Shown: in pieces, positions 61,378 to 64,000 of the stretch | Numbering within the stretch: position 1 is the first letter of the stretch | How the letters are laid out: every line of letters starts with the position of its first letter | From: Octopus sinensis | Taxonomy: Eukaryota | Length of the DNA stretch: 64,000 nucleotides | Direction of reading: 5' to 3' | Assembly (NCBI RefSeq): GCF_006345805.1 | Contig: NC_043001.1 | Location: 37,262,001 to 37,326,000, forward strand | The notes under the pieces: generated by a model | Seen by the model: the letters and a program-made list of their open reading frames with translations, nothing else | Told to the model about the DNA's origin: nothing | Database searches by the model: none | Made by a program: the position numbers and the translations under genes

Positions 61378-64000
61378 TCATTGAGATGCTTGAACGGAGA
61401 TGTGTGGATATATGTTGCATGCAAGAAGTAAGGTGGAGAGGAGGTTCTGCTAGGTTCCTCACAGGCAAGGAACACAGGTACAAGATTTTCTGGGCAGGGA
61501 ACACTGACGGGGTTGGAGGCGTGGGTATACTTATCGCTGAGAAATGGGTAGATAAAGTAATTGAGGTAATCAGAGTATGCGACAGAATACTTAAGATTAG
61601 GTTAGCGCTTCATCATAGTTTAGCAACCATTATATCAGCCTATGCTCCTCAGTCGGGGCTACCTGATGGACAGAAAGACCGATTCTATGACACTCTACTG
61701 CAGACTACCTCGTTGACGAACGACAGAGACCTTCTCTTTGTGGCTGGTGACTTCAATGGTCACGTTGGACGACATGCTGGGGGCTTCCATGGCGTACATG
61801 GAGGCTATGGCTCTGGTTCCCGCAACGAGGAGGGAACCAGGCTGCTGGAGTTCTGCGATGCAAATAATCTTATGATTTGCAACACTAACTTCAGGAAACC
61901 TACCAGCCACCTAGTCACCTACCGATCGGGCCAACATACCAGCCAAATTGACTACATCCTTGCCAGGCAAAGGGAGAGATGGCTACTTATAAATGCCAAA
62001 ACCTTCCCAGGCGAAGAATGTACCCCACAACATAGACTGGTAGTTAGTGACTTTAGGATCAGGAGTAGGAGGACAACCAGAAGACGACCAACATGGAGAA
62101 GAAGGACCTGGAAGCTTAAGGATCCTGTGAATGGACAGAGATTTAGAGACATGTTACTTGAAGCCTTTGACGAAGTAGAAGGGGATAGAGTATCACATGG
62201 GGTAGAGGACAACTGGACGTTTCTAAGGGACAACCTGCTGAGAGCCACTGACCAGATCTGTGGTTGGTGCAAAGTCCCCTCTCGTCCCAAGGTAACGTGG
62301 TGGTGGAACAGTGTCGTAGACAGGGCTATTAGAGAAAAGAGACAGACTTGGAAGCACTGGAAGAATGGTGGTAGCAGGGAATTGTATCAGACTGCTAAAA
62401 GGGAAGCTAGGAGACAGGTCTATCTAGCCAGAGGGGAAGCAGATAAGAAAAAATTTGCCAATGTTCTGCGCCATGAGGACCAAAGACTGGAGGTGTTTCG
62501 CGTTGCAAGACAGTGTGTGAGAGAAGTGTGTTCGCATGGAAGATGGTTCACTTGCGCTAAACGAGGATGCAAAGAGAGAGGCTTGGAGACACCACTATGA
62601 AAGGTTGCTGAATAAAGAAAATGAATGGGATAAAGAGAGTCTGCCGAACGTTGACCCAACAGAGGGACCAGCTATCAGGGTTGATAGTTCCTTGGTAGCT
62701 AAGGCAATTAGAAGCATGAAGACAGGGAAAGCCCCAGGCCCATCAGGTATCACTGCGGAGATGCTCAAAATATCTGGTAGTGTCGGCTATAGCCTAGTCA
62801 CCTGTATAGTTAATCAGGTGATACATGAAGGAGTCATACCCAATGACTGGTGTAGCAGCATAATAGTCAACTGCTACAAAGGTAAAGGTGATGCCCTAGA
62901 TACAAATAATTACAGAGGTATCAAGCTGTTGGATCAGGTGATGAAGGTTACAGAGAGGGTCATAAGCCAACTAATTAGAGAGAGAGTTAGTTTAGATGAG
63001 ATGCAGTTTGGTTTCGTGCCAGGGAAAAGTACCACTGATGCTATATTCCTGGTAAGGCAGCTGCAGGAGAAATACCTAGCCAAAGATAAGCCCCTGTACC
63101 TGGCTTTTGTTGACATGGAGAAAGCCTTCGACAGGGTCCCCCGATCCCTCATATGGTGGTCAATGAGGAACTAGGAATAGATGAATGGTTAGTGAGAGCT
63201 GTGCAAGCTATGTACAGGGACGCTGCTAGTAAGGTGAGGGTTGGCAATGAGTACAGTGAAGAATTCCGGGTAGAGGTAGGGGTCCACCAAGGCTCAGTCC
63301 TCAGCCCCCTCCTATTTATCATAGTCCTCCAGGCAATAACGGAGGAATTCAAGACAGGATGCCCCTGGGAGCTCCTCTATGCTGATGACCTTGCTCTAAT
63401 TGCTGAGTCATTATCAGAACTGGAGAAGAAGTTTCAGGTGTGGAATCATGGTTTAGAATCGAAGGGCCTTAGAGTCAACCTAGCTAAAACCAAAGTTGTA
63501 ATAAGTAGGAAGGTAGACAAATCAGAAATGCCTTCAGGTAGATGGCCCTGCTCAATCTGTAGAAAAGGTGTAGGTAGAAACTCTGTAAGATGTAAGTGTA
63601 AGCTATGGACACATAAGAGGTGCAGCAATGTCATAGGAAGGCTAACTAGGAAGATGGTTTTTGTATGTGGCAGATGCTCGGGAGCATTAACCTCTGAAAA
63701 TCTGCAGAAAACAACTTCCGTCACTTTCCAGGGGGAAAAACTAGAAGTAGTTGATAGCTTCCGTTATCTTGGTGACCAAGTCAGTAGTGGGGGTGGGTGT
63801 GCTGAAAGTGTAACGGCTAGAGTAAGAATAGCCTGGGCAAAGTTTAGGGAGCTCTTACCTCTGTTGGTGACTAAAGGCCTCTCGCTCAGAGTAAAAGGCA
63901 GACTGTATGATGCATGTGTACGAACAGCCATGCTACATGGCAGTGAAACATGGGCCGTGACTGCTGAGGACATGCGTAAGCTCGCGAGAAATGAAGCTAG
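61378..64000 (+). mobile_element. RTE-clade LINE, slightly 5'-truncated, APE endonuclease plus RT, runs off the window
   Basis: APE motifs MQEVRW, AGDFNGH, SQIDYIL, QHRLV; RT motifs NYRGIKLL, MQFGF, DMEKAFDRV, QGSVLSP, YADD (63378-63389). Two frameshifts (about 62520 and 63170) and no in-frame stops seen; antisense in a ZIP intron. Confidence 0.96.

Noticed and set aside
61695-63973. Minus-strand ORFs over the RTE LINE
   Set aside because: They are antisense shadows of the LINE frame; none matches the missing ZIP N-terminal exons.

Overview
This is AT-rich eukaryotic DNA, dense in microsatellites and retroposons. The repeat families suggest an octopus or other coleoid cephalopod (inference, not a database result). 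Two minus-strand genes were assembled by hand from GT-AG junctions. (1) A complete 13-exon API5 (apoptosis inhibitor 5), ATG at 30413 and stop at 3714, with a 1689-nt CDS encoding 562 aa. (2) The last 7 coding exons (60104 to 46455) of a LIV-1 family ZIP8/ZIP14-like metal transporter with an EExPHE motif, whose 5' exons lie beyond the window. Introns and intergenic DNA contain an internally deleted Helitron with both termini, a near-intact RTE LINE (APE, RT and an inserted PHD-like finger), about 14 truncated (GAT)n-tailed copies of an RTE 3' end, tRNA-derived SINEs, CR1 and other RTE fragments, TTAA-specific (piggyBac-type) MITEs, a pogo/Tigger-like MITE, two complementary mariner halves bracketing a ZIP exon, and long perfect-centre hairpins. 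The most notable signal is a Penelope-like family present twice (8.7 kb and 53-55 kb). Its terminal repeat joins a tRNA-like (Pol III-type) module to a minimal hammerhead ribozyme, giving four hammerhead copies in total, and the short copy begins about at the tRNA +1 position. All coordinates and alignments were read by eye; repeat boundaries are approximate.
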